Notes: generated by a model from the sequence alone, not told the origin. A DNA stretch of 64,000 nt from Acutalibacteraceae bacterium (GCA_045540355.1 JAZQHB010000008.1:31183-95182), one strand, 5' to 3'. Shown: positions 44,638 to 54,226, counted from the first letter of the stretch. Made by a program: numbers and translations.

Positions 44638-45249
44638 ATGGGTAAAGTATCTAAAAAAGCAGTGTTCCTTGCTTACAAAAAAGGAAAAATTTTAATCAAA
44701 AGCATTAACGGAATTATGTTTGCGTGTATCGGCAATTACAGACTGGAGTTTGATAAAAAAGATGCAGATATGACATTATTTGATTATGTGCGTAAACACG
44801 ATGCACAGAAATTAACCGATTTAATGTACGAGGCAATCAGTAATTATATCGAAACGGGTGAGTTTACAGAAGGACTTTTCGACTTATTGTGTCCTTACGG
44901 AGAGTTAAGTATCACAAAAGAAATGATTGCAGAGGCTTATCAGACCGGATTTATCCGTATTGCAGAGGAAGACGAAGAAATTGTTGCTGTAATAGGAAAT
45001 AGTACAATTTTCCTTACAGGCGATAATGAAGGAAAGATGTCGGCAGAAGATTACCTCAAATGTTTCACAGCGGAAGAGATTATTGTGGAAATCGACAAAA
45101 TACTTCGGGACTATCCTTTTATGAGTAATGAGGAAGATTATATCTATTTCTCTAATTCTTGGATCGTAATGGAGGAAGCTATAAGTAATTACCTTGCGGA
45201 AAACTCCCAGTTGAAAAAAACTGGTAATGGCGTGGTAATCGAAGAATAA
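44638..45249 (+). CDS. Hypothetical protein (203 aa)
   Basis: SD AAAGGGGG. Confidence 0.65.
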   Translation: MGKVSKKAVFLAYKKGKILIKSINGIMFACIGNYRLEFDKKDADMTLFDYVRKHDAQKLTDLMYEAISNYIETGEFTEGLFDLLCPYGELSITKEMIAEAYQTGFIRIAEEDEEIVAVIGNSTIFLTGDNEGKMSAEDYLKCFTAEEIIVEIDKILRDYPFMSNEEDYIYFSNSWIVMEEAISNYLAENSQLKKTGNGVVIEE

Positions 45250-45256
45250 CAAATAA

Positions 45257-45303
45257 CAAAAAACCTTTTGCAAAGCCGACGGGCAATGCAGAAGGTTTTT
45301 TTA
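45257..45303. terminator. Bidirectional terminator between convergent genes
   Basis: A-run, AACCTTTTGC..GCAGAAGGTT, T-run. Confidence 0.75.
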
Positions 45304-45322
45304 TTTAAAACATAAACATTTC

Positions 45323-45703
45323 TTATTTCTTCGGATAAAAGAATATCCGCAGGTGGTAATTTTTCTCCATATCCGTTATTAAAATCTTGATATTCACATT
45401 TTCGCCTTCGCAATATGCAATATAATGATACCCGCCGTCTTCATCGGCATTTTCAAGGTCAAACTTTTGGGCGAACTTGGGAATATCTTGATAGCCACCG
45501 GGCAAAATCACATCAGCCATAAAATCACTGAAAGCCTGCATTTCGCCGGAAATTTCTTGGTTTCCGTTAGTACCTGCAACCACAAACCATTTATTATACC
45601 ATTTCCCTTTGATATAATCCAAACGGTTGTAAGCGTACATATCCCAGTCTACCATTTCAAATTCGCAATCTTTTAAAATTTTAAATTTCTCCGACATCAT
45701 CAT
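45323..45703 (-). CDS. Hypothetical protein (126 aa)
   Basis: Start moved to the ATGATGATG cluster, which overlaps the upstream stop. Confidence 0.55.
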   Translation of the reverse strand: MMMSEKFKILKDCEFEMVDWDMYAYNRLDYIKGKWYNKWFVVAGTNGNQEISGEMQAFSDFMADVILPGGYQDIPKFAQKFDLENADEDGGYHYIAYCEGENVNIKILITDMEKNYHLRIFFYPKK

Positions 45704-46079
45704 CGTCCTCACAATCTGCATAAATTTTAATACATAAAGTATCACTTAATCTTTTTAACCGACGCACTTCGTTTACTAATTCTTTTGCATCATTAACCTG
45801 CTGTTTTGAATAGCGAGGTTTTAGGGAAATTGGATTTAGGGGCATTACTTTACCGTTTTCAGTTTTTCTCACAATCTCCTTTGCTTTCAAATATTCTTCT
45901 CTCGGTGCAGTGCCGTCTTCCATATACAATTCCACAAGATAATTTACTTCATCATAAAGAATTTCCAAATCACTGCGGTCTTCTTTATCCAGTTCATCGG
46001 TTTCCTCGATCAGTTCCTCTAACCGTGCTGACCGGACGCTTTTTAGGTATTTTTTTGCTTCTTCGTCAATAAAACGCAT
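45681..46079 (-). CDS. Hypothetical protein (132 aa), acidic C-terminus
   Basis: SD GAAAGGAG. Confidence 0.6.
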   Translation of the reverse strand: MRFIDEEAKKYLKSVRSARLEELIEETDELDKEDRSDLEILYDEVNYLVELYMEDGTAPREEYLKAKEIVRKTENGKVMPLNPISLKPRYSKQQVNDAKELVNEVRRLKRLSDTLCIKIYADCEDDDDVGEI

Positions 46080-46091
46080 TTCTACTCCTTT

Positions 46092-46412
46092 CTACGAAAC
46101 GAAAGAGTTTTCGTCCAGCTTCGCGATGTGTTCCAGTAATAAATATAATTCAGAATAATCTTTGGGAACTTTTTTCATAAAGTTGCGGGCTTCTTTATGT
46201 ACGGATAAGGGGCAGGTAATATAAATTTCAGTACCGATTTCCGCACATTCATCATTTCTGCTTTCTGCATAATTCATTGCTTTGGTAGCACTGGCAACTA
46301 ATTCAGATAAAAAGTCCTTAATGTAAATGCGTCCGTTATAAGAAGGAAGGACGCTGTTGATTTCCTTAATCAGTTCGTAATTACATTTCACATTGATACG
46401 AGCATATTTCAT
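46092..46412 (-). CDS. Hypothetical protein (106 aa)
   Basis: SD AAAGGAGAAA. Confidence 0.6.
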   Translation of the reverse strand: MKYARINVKCNYELIKEINSVLPSYNGRIYIKDFLSELVASATKAMNYAESRNDECAEIGTEIYITCPLSVHKEARNFMKKVPKDYSELYLLLEHIAKLDENSFVS

Positions 46413-46813
46413 TATCGTTTCTCCTTTAACAATTTTCTTATATAAGCCTCTAACTTTTCCGCATCTTCGATAGAGAAAATCTCCGTAACATTTTCTATAT
46501 CTTCATCAGACAAGTCCGTTATCTCATAATCCCAAATCTCTTCAAGCGGATTAACGGGTTTTAATTTGCAACCCACAACGGTTCCTCTGATTTCCTGTAC
46601 GGGAATAGCAAGACGGGGGTTGAATAAAATGAAATTGGTTTCCAAGTCCTTAAAGCAAGCTTCATCATCATACAAGAAACAGACAGTATCATATAAAATA
46701 AAGTGTCTTATGTCCCCGTCGGGAATAAACGGGCGACCACTATCAGCCATATATTTTTCATTTGTTTCTTTTATTTCAGTGGGCTTGCCCGGTTCTTTAA
46801 CCAGTATTCTCAT
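46412..46813 (-). CDS. Hypothetical protein, DUF3846-like by eye
   Basis: N-terminal RILVKEPGKPTEIKE... and the overall size resemble the family seen on conjugative elements. Unverified. Confidence 0.5.
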   Translation of the reverse strand: MRILVKEPGKPTEIKETNEKYMADSGRPFIPDGDIRHFILYDTVCFLYDDEACFKDLETNFILFNPRLAIPVQEIRGTVVGCKLKPVNPLEEIWDYEITDLSDEDIENVTEIFSIEDAEKLEAYIRKLLKEKR

Positions 46814-46907
46814 AATCATTCTCCTTTGGCTTTGTATTTATGTATATTATACTTTGACGACATAAAGAAATCAAATTTTTAGGAATACAAGTGCAGAAGT
46901 TAAAAAT

Positions 46908-46936
46908 TTGCATAAAAAAGTATACTATCGTATAAT
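46908..46936 (+). promoter_or_regulatory. Promoter TTGCAT-N17-TATAAT for the helicase operon
   Basis: Seen in sequence. Confidence 0.6.
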
Positions 46937-46962
46937 ATAAGCAACTGACAAACAACAATTTT

Positions 46963-46986
46963 ATAAAGTAACAAATTGTTACTTTT
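46963..46986. promoter_or_regulatory. Dispersed palindrome O6 (ATAAAGTAACAAATTGTTACTTTT, best-symmetric copy)
   Basis: Located in the 5' UTR between the promoter and ATG 47012. Confidence 0.65.
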
Positions 46987-47011
46987 CAGCATTAAGAAAG
47001 GAAAAAATATT

Positions 47012-49216
47012 ATGGCAGAAGCCTTGGAGTGCGTATACGAAAAAACCATATATCAGCGTGAACAAAACGATGTAACCATAGCTTTGTATCACACTACTGG
47101 AAAAAGCGTAATTGTGACTGGTTCGATGCTTCCGATTGCAAAGAAAGTAAAGTATGTATTTTACGGAGAATGGGTAAATCACCCGAAATACGGCAAGCAG
47201 TTTAAAATGACGGAAGGATATGATACTGCAAAACCCTCGACAAAAGAGAGTATCAAGGAATACTTGGCAAGCGGTACCATAAGAGGCATCGGACAGAAGA
47301 CCGCAGAACGCATTGTTGAAATGTTCGGCGATGAAACATTAGATGTTATGGAAAAGGATATTTTCCGTCTTTTAAAAGTAAAAGGGCTTACAAAGAATAA
47401 GATTGAAAAAATCAAAACTTCATTCGATGAAAATTTTGCTGGCAGGGAAACCATTGTGTTATTAGGGAAAAAAGGTATCTCTCCAAAGATTGCAAGTAAG
47501 GTCTATCAGAAGTTTAAAGATAAGGCAGTTAAGATTATTGAGGAACAGCCTTACCGTTTATGTATGGTACCGGGAATTACATTTCCCGTTGCAGACAGCC
47601 TTGGACCGCAGACGGAAGCCTATGAATTAAATTATGACCGTTTTTTTATCTGTGCAAATTATGTACTGGCAGAGAATGAAAATAATGGAATGAAAGATTA
47701 TATCGGAAATCGCACCGCAGGAAGTTTATCAATGACGGTGCAGGATTTCGGCAATGCAATGTTATCTCTTCTGCGAATGAAGAGTATAACTGGGGCGAAA
47801 GTTTGTGAATATACCATTAAGGCTATCAAAAACGGACACTTAAAAATGCTTACCGATAATGGCGTGCAGTATATTTATCGTCCCGGTGTTTATCGTATTG
47901 AAAAAAGACTGGCAGAAAATATTGCAAGACTGACAAGAAAAGAATTGTCAACAGCAGTTGAGAATATTGATGCCTATATTGCAAAAGCAGAGAATGAATT
48001 AAAAATTTCTCTATCAGAAGAACAGAGGCAGGCGGTTCTTAATGCGTTCCAAAATAATTTATCTTTGATTATTGGACCGCCGGGAACCGGAAAGACCACT
48101 GTAATACAGGTTATTGTTTATATTTTTAAGGAATTAAACGATAAACCGCAGATTACTTTGCTGGCACCCACTGGTAGAGCCTCAAAGAGAATTACGGAAA
48201 CAACGAATATGGACGCATACACCATTCACAGCTGTTTAGGTCTTCACACAGAGCAGATTAACGATGTGAATGACGAAGAAGAGTTTAAGATTGAAGAAGG
48301 TCTTATTGTTGTAGACGAAATGAGTATGCTTGATACAAGAGTAGCTTATCAGCTGTTTGCAAGCATTAGAAAAAGATGCAAAATTATTTTATGTGGCGAC
48401 GATGATCAGTTACAGAGCGTAGGTGCGGGTGCAGTATTAAGAGATATGATTACTTCGGGAGTATTGCCCGTTACCACATTAAAGAATATCTATCGGCAGG
48501 ACGCACAGAGTTTGGTGTATCGTAATTCCCATAATATCCGCGAAGGTAAATTTGAGTTAGAGTATGGCGACGACTTTATGATGTATGAAACCGATGATAC
48601 TGCGGATATGGAAGAACAAATGATTGCGATGTATTTGCAGAAAATCAAAGAATACGGTATGGAGAATGTAATGCTGTTATCGCCTTTCAAGGAACACGAT
48701 GCAGGCGTTTACAATTTGAACTCCCGTATTCAGAAGGCGTTAAATCCCGACGACAAGAAAGAATATCAAGGAAATGGCAAGACTTTCCGCACGGGAGATT
48801 TGGTAATGCAGTTAAAGAACAACGAAACGCAGGCAAATGGCGATATTGGCGTGGTAACTGCCATTCATAAAAGGGACGGCGAACAGATTGTATGTGTAAA
48901 GTTTGAAAAAGCCCGCAGGGATTACTTTGATGAAGAAGCCGGGGAAGAATTAAACTTGGCATACGCCTATACCGTACATAAAGCACAAGGTAGTGAAGCA
49001 AAGTGTGTTATTACTTGTATGCACGATATGCACTCGGTAATGCGGAAGCGTAATATCTTTTATACTGCTGTTACAAGAGCAAAGCAGGAAGTAATTGTAT
49101 TCGGACAGAAGAGAGCCGTAGTAAAGGCAATTCAGACTGCCGATAAATCAAAGCGTAATACCGGACTGAAACAGATGTTAAAGCAAGAGTGTGGCTGTTG
49201 GAGTGAAATAAATTAA
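47012..49216 (+). CDS. recD2: RecD2/TraA-family SF1B DNA helicase
   Basis: HhH segment RGIGQKTAERIV; Walker A IIGPPGTGKTT; VVDEMSMLD; C-terminal YAYTVHKAQGSE. Start moved to ATG 47012. Confidence 0.88.
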   Translation: MAEALECVYEKTIYQREQNDVTIALYHTTGKSVIVTGSMLPIAKKVKYVFYGEWVNHPKYGKQFKMTEGYDTAKPSTKESIKEYLASGTIRGIGQKTAERIVEMFGDETLDVMEKDIFRLLKVKGLTKNKIEKIKTSFDENFAGRETIVLLGKKGISPKIASKVYQKFKDKAVKIIEEQPYRLCMVPGITFPVADSLGPQTEAYELNYDRFFICANYVLAENENNGMKDYIGNRTAGSLSMTVQDFGNAMLSLLRMKSITGAKVCEYTIKAIKNGHLKMLTDNGVQYIYRPGVYRIEKRLAENIARLTRKELSTAVENIDAYIAKAENELKISLSEEQRQAVLNAFQNNLSLIIGPPGTGKTTVIQVIVYIFKELNDKPQITLLAPTGRASKRITETTNMDAYTIHSCLGLHTEQINDVNDEEEFKIEEGLIVVDEMSMLDTRVAYQLFASIRKRCKIILCGDDDQLQSVGAGAVLRDMITSGVLPVTTLKNIYRQDAQSLVYRNSHNIREGKFELEYGDDFMMYETDDTADMEEQMIAMYLQKIKEYGMENVMLLSPFKEHDAGVYNLNSRIQKALNPDDKKEYQGNGKTFRTGDLVMQLKNNETQANGDIGVVTAIHKRDGEQIVCVKFEKARRDYFDEEAGEELNLAYAYTVHKAQGSEAKCVITCMHDMHSVMRKRNIFYTAVTRAKQEVIVFGQKRAVVKAIQTADKSKRNTGLKQMLKQECGCWSEIN

Positions 49217-49246
49217 GATTTGTCGGAATGACAGAAAGGAAAAAGA

Positions 49247-49513
49247 GTGAGTTTACTTGATAGAATAGCAAATTATTTTAAAGAATGGGACGGAATAGAA
49301 AAAAACGCTCCCAAAATGGAATTAAGCATACAGGACCTTAGATACATTGCAGATATGAATGTAGAGCGTTGCAGATTGATTAGACAGTTAAATGATGCAA
49401 ATTTCAAAATAGAAAATATGAAATTGCTTTTGGAAAAATCAGCAGAAGAAATCGAAAATCTATATGGTAAAGATACGGATTTGTCAAAAGAAATAAGAGA
49501 TTTTATTAGTTAG
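49247..49513 (+). CDS. Hypothetical coiled-coil protein (88 aa)
   Basis: GTG start behind GAAAGGAAAAAG. Confidence 0.5.
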   Translation: MSLLDRIANYFKEWDGIEKNAPKMELSIQDLRYIADMNVERCRLIRQLNDANFKIENMKLLLEKSAEEIENLYGKDTDLSKEIRDFIS

Positions 49514-49544
49514 ACAAAATTGAAGTTTGTAGAGGTATGGGATT

Positions 49545-49733
49545 ATGATTGTTGTAAAAATACACGACAAGCGTTGCATAAACAAATATCGGGCAGAGTT
49601 TTTTGAAACAGACGAAGTAACAAGTGAAGTTATTGAATTTGTTAAAAATAACGAAAAAGTATTTAGAATAATGCTATTCGATAAAACGCTTGATCGAGAA
49701 GAGTTTTTAAGTCAGTTCACCCAAACAGTTTAA
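49545..49733 (+). CDS. Hypothetical small protein (62 aa)
   Basis: ORF with a weak SD. Confidence 0.45.
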   Translation: MIVVKIHDKRCINKYRAEFFETDEVTSEVIEFVKNNEKVFRIMLFDKTLDREEFLSQFTQTV

Positions 49734-49788
49734 ATAAAAGCAAAGGGAAGTTTCAGTTATAATTTTGAACAATTATTAAAAGGAGATT

Positions 49789-49989
49789 ATGATGAATAAA
49801 GCATTTAAAATTACCTTTATAGGAATATTGATTACTTTTTTAACTGCACCATTATCAGCAAAAGCATTGATGCAGGAAATGATATGCTATAAGGACGGAA
49901 ATGAGGATATTGCGGTAAAAACACGGTATGAAGTAATTAAGGATTTTTGCCACGGTATTCGATACGAAAAAATACAAGTAAAACCCTAA
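49789..49989 (+). CDS. Small secreted protein (66 aa)
   Basis: Signal-like N-terminus; SD AAAGGAG. Confidence 0.55.
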   Translation: MMNKAFKITFIGILITFLTAPLSAKALMQEMICYKDGNEDIAVKTRYEVIKDFCHGIRYEKIQVKP

Positions 49990-50006
49990 AAAGGAGAGAA
50001 TATAGA

Positions 50007-50168
50007 ATGTGGGGGCGAATTATTTTTTTAATAGTTTGGCTTTTTTTCTTAATTATCATTGGTCCTTTTATAAAAAATGAAAAAGTTATAAAAGGAGTAA
50101 ATATTGCAACATTCATTATTGGTATAGGATTTATGGTATGGCTTGGTATAGATGTTACAAATATATGA
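50007..50168 (+). CDS. Small two-TM membrane protein (53 aa)
   Basis: SD AAAGGAGAG; MWGRIIFLIVWLFFLIIIGPF... Confidence 0.55.
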   Translation: MWGRIIFLIVWLFFLIIIGPFIKNEKVIKGVNIATFIIGIGFMVWLGIDVTNI

Positions 50169-50180
50169 GAGGGAAGAAAA

Positions 50181-50357
50181 ATGGAATTTGAAATACTGGG
50201 ATATGAAATACCTATTTTAGTGATTGTATTATTTTTTCTTAAAATAGCAGGTAAATTCATTAAAAATGCAAAAATTATGATAATATTAAGTATCGGTGCA
50301 ATTATTGTAGGGCTATTAGTTGGAATATGGCTCGGAATAAATATTCCCGGCATTTAA
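50181..50357 (+). CDS. Small two-TM membrane protein (58 aa), not in the ORF track
   Basis: Own translation MEFEILGYEIPILVIVLFFLKIAGKFIKNAKIMIILSIGAIIVGLLVGIWLGINIPGI; SD GAGAGGGAAG. Confidence 0.5.
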   Translation: MEFEILGYEIPILVIVLFFLKIAGKFIKNAKIMIILSIGAIIVGLLVGIWLGINIPGI

Positions 50358-50373
50358 GAGAGGAGAACAGATT

Positions 50374-50547
50374 ATGCAGACGATTATTATACCCGACAAC
50401 AATCCGAATATGGTACCCGCGACGATTGCAATTATCGGCGGTGTATTCTTCGTGGTTATGGTTATCCGTATCATTTTAACGATCAAGAGAAAAAAGAAGT
50501 TGGAAAGTTTACTGGTTCAGTTGAAGCAGGCAAGAGATAACGAATAA
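50374..50547 (+). CDS. Small single-TM membrane protein (57 aa), not in the ORF track
   Basis: Own translation MQTIIIPDNNPNMVPATIAIIGGVFFVVMVIRIILTIKRKKKLESLLVQLKQARDNE; SD GAGAGGAG. Confidence 0.5.
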   Translation: MQTIIIPDNNPNMVPATIAIIGGVFFVVMVIRIILTIKRKKKLESLLVQLKQARDNE

Positions 50548-50569
50548 GAGAAAGGGGCAAGGAGAAGTA

Positions 50570-52054
50570 ATGAAAAAAAAGGCAGTATTCTTTGCTGTAT
50601 TATCAATGACTTTGGCAATGTTATTGTCCGGCTGTCGTGATATACAGATTTTTGAGAAAGTAGAGGAGTTGCAGAAAATCGAATTAACAGAAGACCAAAT
50701 TGCACAAAATGTCTACTATGTGAAGGAAGGTACCCGATTTACGCAAGTTTATTTACCGCAGGGTAATGCAACAAGCCGTTCTACAAAAATTAACACCGGA
50801 CGCATTGTATATTTCTATGATGATGAATTTATGATGCCCGAACACTATAAGGGAGAACTGATTGCCTACGCATCAGCGGAAGCAAATTTAAGTTCCGTTA
50901 CTTTGGAGAGATTTGAAGACATCGGATATTCTTTCGGTATTTACGGTGGAAGCGTACAGAGTGACGGTTATTATCATTTTTCCGTAAAATCAAACACTAT
51001 TGAGGGTTCCGAAGCAAGAGAATTGTTTTCTAAAACGGAAAGCGACGAAATTCGTATCGTAACCGTTGGTGGCGTAGATGTAGCAAAGCTGGTAGACAGC
51101 GGAAGTGGAATTATCACGAAGTTAGAGCAGGACCAACCTTATGTTGTGGAATTTTATGCAGGAACTTATTTTTACCGTGCTTCATTCGTGGCAGATACGC
51201 ATTTTATGAGAGCCTTTGAGGTATATAACTACGGCAGTGAATACATAAGCGATACTACTCACGGTTATATGTGTTTTAATACGCCCGAAAGTTTAAAAAG
51301 CGGTTACTATAATGTAAACGGTACGGGACTTATGGTATACCACGCCTACGAAAAGGGAGAAACCGTTGAAAATGAGGATATGAATGAAGGGTACTATGCT
51401 AACATTGGCGAAGTAATTGCATCTTATTCCCAGCAATATAGCATCAATGTTCCGCAGGCAACAAAGGATATGGTTATTGAGGTCGTATATGGAAATATTA
51501 CAGATCCCGTAGACCAAAATATTGAAGTAGGCGGTTACTTACAGGCACCCGACGGCACCGGATATGATATGGAAGTACTTCCGGGCAAAAAAACAATGAC
51601 AATTACACTGGCAATGGCACAAGCTGGCGAATGGACGCTTAATATCAGTCCGAAGTCACTGGAAATAATTGAAATCAATGTAATCGGCGACGAAACCTTT
51701 GAAGATACCACTTTGTATGAGCAAGAGTTTGTTGTTAAGGAAGATGCACAGTATCAGCTATTCTACGCTGATATTACTGGCGATTTAGATGCAAAAATTC
51801 AAGCCTCTGTTGTGGCAGATAACGGCATTACTTACAACTTCCTTATTGGAACCTATAAAGATGCAGACGGATTTAAGCGGAATTATATTTATATAAAAGT
51901 ACCTTATTTAAAGGCTGGCACCTATACGGTTAAGATTTATTACTATAAATCAACGACGGGCATCGAAAATGTGCAGTTAGTACCGTATGATGCAAACAGT
52001 AGTGATATTTTCTTCTTGGAAGAAGAGGAAAGGTTGGAACTGTTCAGTGAGTAA
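50570..52054 (+). CDS. Lipoprotein, function unknown (494 aa)
   Basis: Lipobox LLSGC; SD AAGGAGAAG. Confidence 0.75.
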   Translation: MKKKAVFFAVLSMTLAMLLSGCRDIQIFEKVEELQKIELTEDQIAQNVYYVKEGTRFTQVYLPQGNATSRSTKINTGRIVYFYDDEFMMPEHYKGELIAYASAEANLSSVTLERFEDIGYSFGIYGGSVQSDGYYHFSVKSNTIEGSEARELFSKTESDEIRIVTVGGVDVAKLVDSGSGIITKLEQDQPYVVEFYAGTYFYRASFVADTHFMRAFEVYNYGSEYISDTTHGYMCFNTPESLKSGYYNVNGTGLMVYHAYEKGETVENEDMNEGYYANIGEVIASYSQQYSINVPQATKDMVIEVVYGNITDPVDQNIEVGGYLQAPDGTGYDMEVLPGKKTMTITLAMAQAGEWTLNISPKSLEIIEINVIGDETFEDTTLYEQEFVVKEDAQYQLFYADITGDLDAKIQASVVADNGITYNFLIGTYKDADGFKRNYIYIKVPYLKAGTYTVKIYYYKSTTGIENVQLVPYDANSSDIFFLEEEERLELFSE

Positions 52055-52076
52055 GAGTGAAATTATAGTAGAAGCT

Positions 52077-52241
52077 ATGGTGGAAGAAATAGAGGCGTTC
52101 CTTGTAAAAAACAAGGGAACCTCTATGGGTTCTTCCTTGAATGAAAAGCTAAAAAACATTGATAAAACAGACTTTGGAAGCATCGAAAAGCTGTATGAGG
52201 AGATACACGAAGATGCGAATATAGAAAAAAAGGAGGATTAG
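52077..52241 (+). CDS. Possible small acidic ORF (54 aa)
   Basis: In-frame ATG after the stop of the lipoprotein gene; weak SD. Confidence 0.3.
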   Translation: MVEEIEAFLVKNKGTSMGSSLNEKLKNIDKTDFGSIEKLYEEIHEDANIEKKED

Positions 52242-52247
52242 GGCAAT

Positions 52248-52730
52248 ATGGAATTTATTATGATTATGGGATTGTCTATTATTATGGCACCGTTTGTAAA
52301 AGTTGGAATAGACCATTTAAAAGAAAAGAACTTTGGGGAAATCATACTTACGGTATTAGGATTTACTTCTTGTTGTGTTTCGATTGTTGTTCTATTCAAC
52401 TGGATAGTTACGAGGTTTAAAAATATTAAGTATGATTTAATGAGTGAAGTGGGAGATATACCGTCTGTTGGATTTCCACCGATAATTTTTTGGATTAGTT
52501 TTGCAGTTATGCTTATTTGTATTGGTATTAAATTGCTGGTTATATGGAAAACGCAGGAGAATGTTATCACAGAAGGTATGCGTGGAAGTGAAAAAGTGAA
52601 AACCTGCATTATGTTGGAAACAACCGATAAAGAAGGGAGATTAAGCGATGAACAAAAAGCAGAAAAAGACAATACTGGTTGTAGGGGCAGTTCTGCTTGC
52701 TGTTGTGATGATAGTAACCGTATTGGGTAA
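52248..52730 (+). CDS. Membrane protein (160 aa)
   Basis: SD AAGGAGGA; four hydrophobic segments; 83-nt overlap with the next ORF. Confidence 0.55.
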   Translation: MEFIMIMGLSIIMAPFVKVGIDHLKEKNFGEIILTVLGFTSCCVSIVVLFNWIVTRFKNIKYDLMSEVGDIPSVGFPPIIFWISFAVMLICIGIKLLVIWKTQENVITEGMRGSEKVKTCIMLETTDKEGRLSDEQKAEKDNTGCRGSSACCCDDSNRIG

Positions 52731-54081
52731 GGTTGAACAAAAACCAAAAGTGGATAGTTCTCTATTTAAAGAAGTAACGGATATTCCCGGCTGTGAATTT
52801 GCCGTAAACCGAAACGCAAGTGATACAGCAACGACGGTAATGGAAATTTCAAAAACCATTAACTTCTTGGACTATGAAACCTATCGTTTCTGTAATGGCG
52901 AGGACTTATATCTGTTATTCAATATGAACCGATACATAGTAGCTGTAAAAAAGGGCACTTCCTTTCATTTGTCAGAAACCGATCCTGCGGTAGCATTTGA
53001 GAATAATTCCTTGCAGGGAATATGGTTTGAAGTTGCAGAAGACGCAAAATTGAAGAAAAAAGGAAATACGGCAAGTATTGATGTAACAGCACAGGTCGTA
53101 ATCACAAATACGCTGTATAATGACTTTAATGGAACACTGATTACCATAGAAGAAGACGGCGAGGAATGGACGATGTTTGCGGGCTTTGTTCACGCAGAAG
53201 ACGAAGAAAGTATTGCTATGGTGGAATATATCGGCAGTACATTCCAAGCATCAGAAATGACGCAGGTGGCACAAGCTGACTTCGAGGTAAATATCGAAGA
53301 AGGAATAAAGACAGAGGAGCCGTCTGCAAATGAAGATGTTTCCGAGGAAATTTCGGAACCGATAAGCGAAGAGGAAAGCGTCAGCGAAACGGTATCAGAG
53401 GAACAGTCGGAAGTCACATCAGAAGAAATTTCGGAACCTTTATCAGAGGAAAAAGCAGAGGAAGAAAGCGAAAAACCGTCTGAACCTGCAAGCGAGCCGG
53501 AAGAAAAGGAAGAGATTGATGCAGAAGAAAGTGAAACACTGACAGCATCTTCTACCCAGCGAGAAGTAGAAGATAATGTCAATACGGCGTATTCTTCCAC
53601 CGTTTATTCAATGTTACCCGTAGGCAGTATCGGATATATGGATATATTAAATGAAGACATCGGGAAAACGGAACCTGCATATATTAAGGTACTGGAAATC
53701 CACGATGAAGCAGAAACGCAGAAGCTAATTGCAGAATACGAAGCACAGACGGGAAATAAGATATATTCCACTATGGAAATCCCCGCAGGGTGCCACATCG
53801 AGGCAGTAAGCTACGATGTTCGCTACACAAGTGAAAATTGGTCGTATGTAGACATCAAATTATGCAGTTTAAGTGGCGAAGAATTAAGATACAGAGGTAT
53901 GCCGTATTCTTCCAAGACTTATGACATACATAAGCCACTCAATGAGAATAACGACTGGGTGCAAGGTTATGTATCGTTTTATATTGTACCGGACGGCTGT
54001 ACGGAATATGCTTTAAGATGTTCGGGTATTATCAATAATGACGAAACAAGACCAGCTTGGTTCTATGTGAATACAAGGTAA
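52648..54081 (+). CDS. Membrane-anchored protein with an acidic SEE-repeat linker (477 aa)
   Basis: SD AAGGGAG; N-terminal TM helix; central (S/E/P)-rich repeats. Confidence 0.7.
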   Translation: MNKKQKKTILVVGAVLLAVVMIVTVLGKVEQKPKVDSSLFKEVTDIPGCEFAVNRNASDTATTVMEISKTINFLDYETYRFCNGEDLYLLFNMNRYIVAVKKGTSFHLSETDPAVAFENNSLQGIWFEVAEDAKLKKKGNTASIDVTAQVVITNTLYNDFNGTLITIEEDGEEWTMFAGFVHAEDEESIAMVEYIGSTFQASEMTQVAQADFEVNIEEGIKTEEPSANEDVSEEISEPISEEESVSETVSEEQSEVTSEEISEPLSEEKAEEESEKPSEPASEPEEKEEIDAEESETLTASSTQREVEDNVNTAYSSTVYSMLPVGSIGYMDILNEDIGKTEPAYIKVLEIHDEAETQKLIAEYEAQTGNKIYSTMEIPAGCHIEAVSYDVRYTSENWSYVDIKLCSLSGEELRYRGMPYSSKTYDIHKPLNENNDWVQGYVSFYIVPDGCTEYALRCSGIINNDETRPAWFYVNTR

Positions 54082-54084
54082 AAT

Positions 54085-54122
54085 AAAAAATTACCGTAGG
54101 CGAAGGCTTACGGTAATTTTTT
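54085..54122 (+). terminator. Intrinsic terminator (AATTACCGTA..TACGGTAATTTTTT)
   Basis: Seen in sequence. Confidence 0.8.
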
Positions 54123-54196
54123 GACTTTATATATGTGAAAAAGTATAATATACATAGAAAGGAAAAGGAAAAGAAACGCGGGCTTGTTTCTTTTTA
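54121..54196 (+). promoter_or_regulatory. Promoter (TTGACT-N17-TATAAT) plus short leader hairpin AAGAAAC..GTTTCTT-TTTT (same architecture, different sequence)
   Basis: Seen in sequence upstream of 54227. Confidence 0.5.
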
Positions 54197-54226
54197 TAAG
54201 CGAAGAAGAGGGTAAGGAGAACTGAT

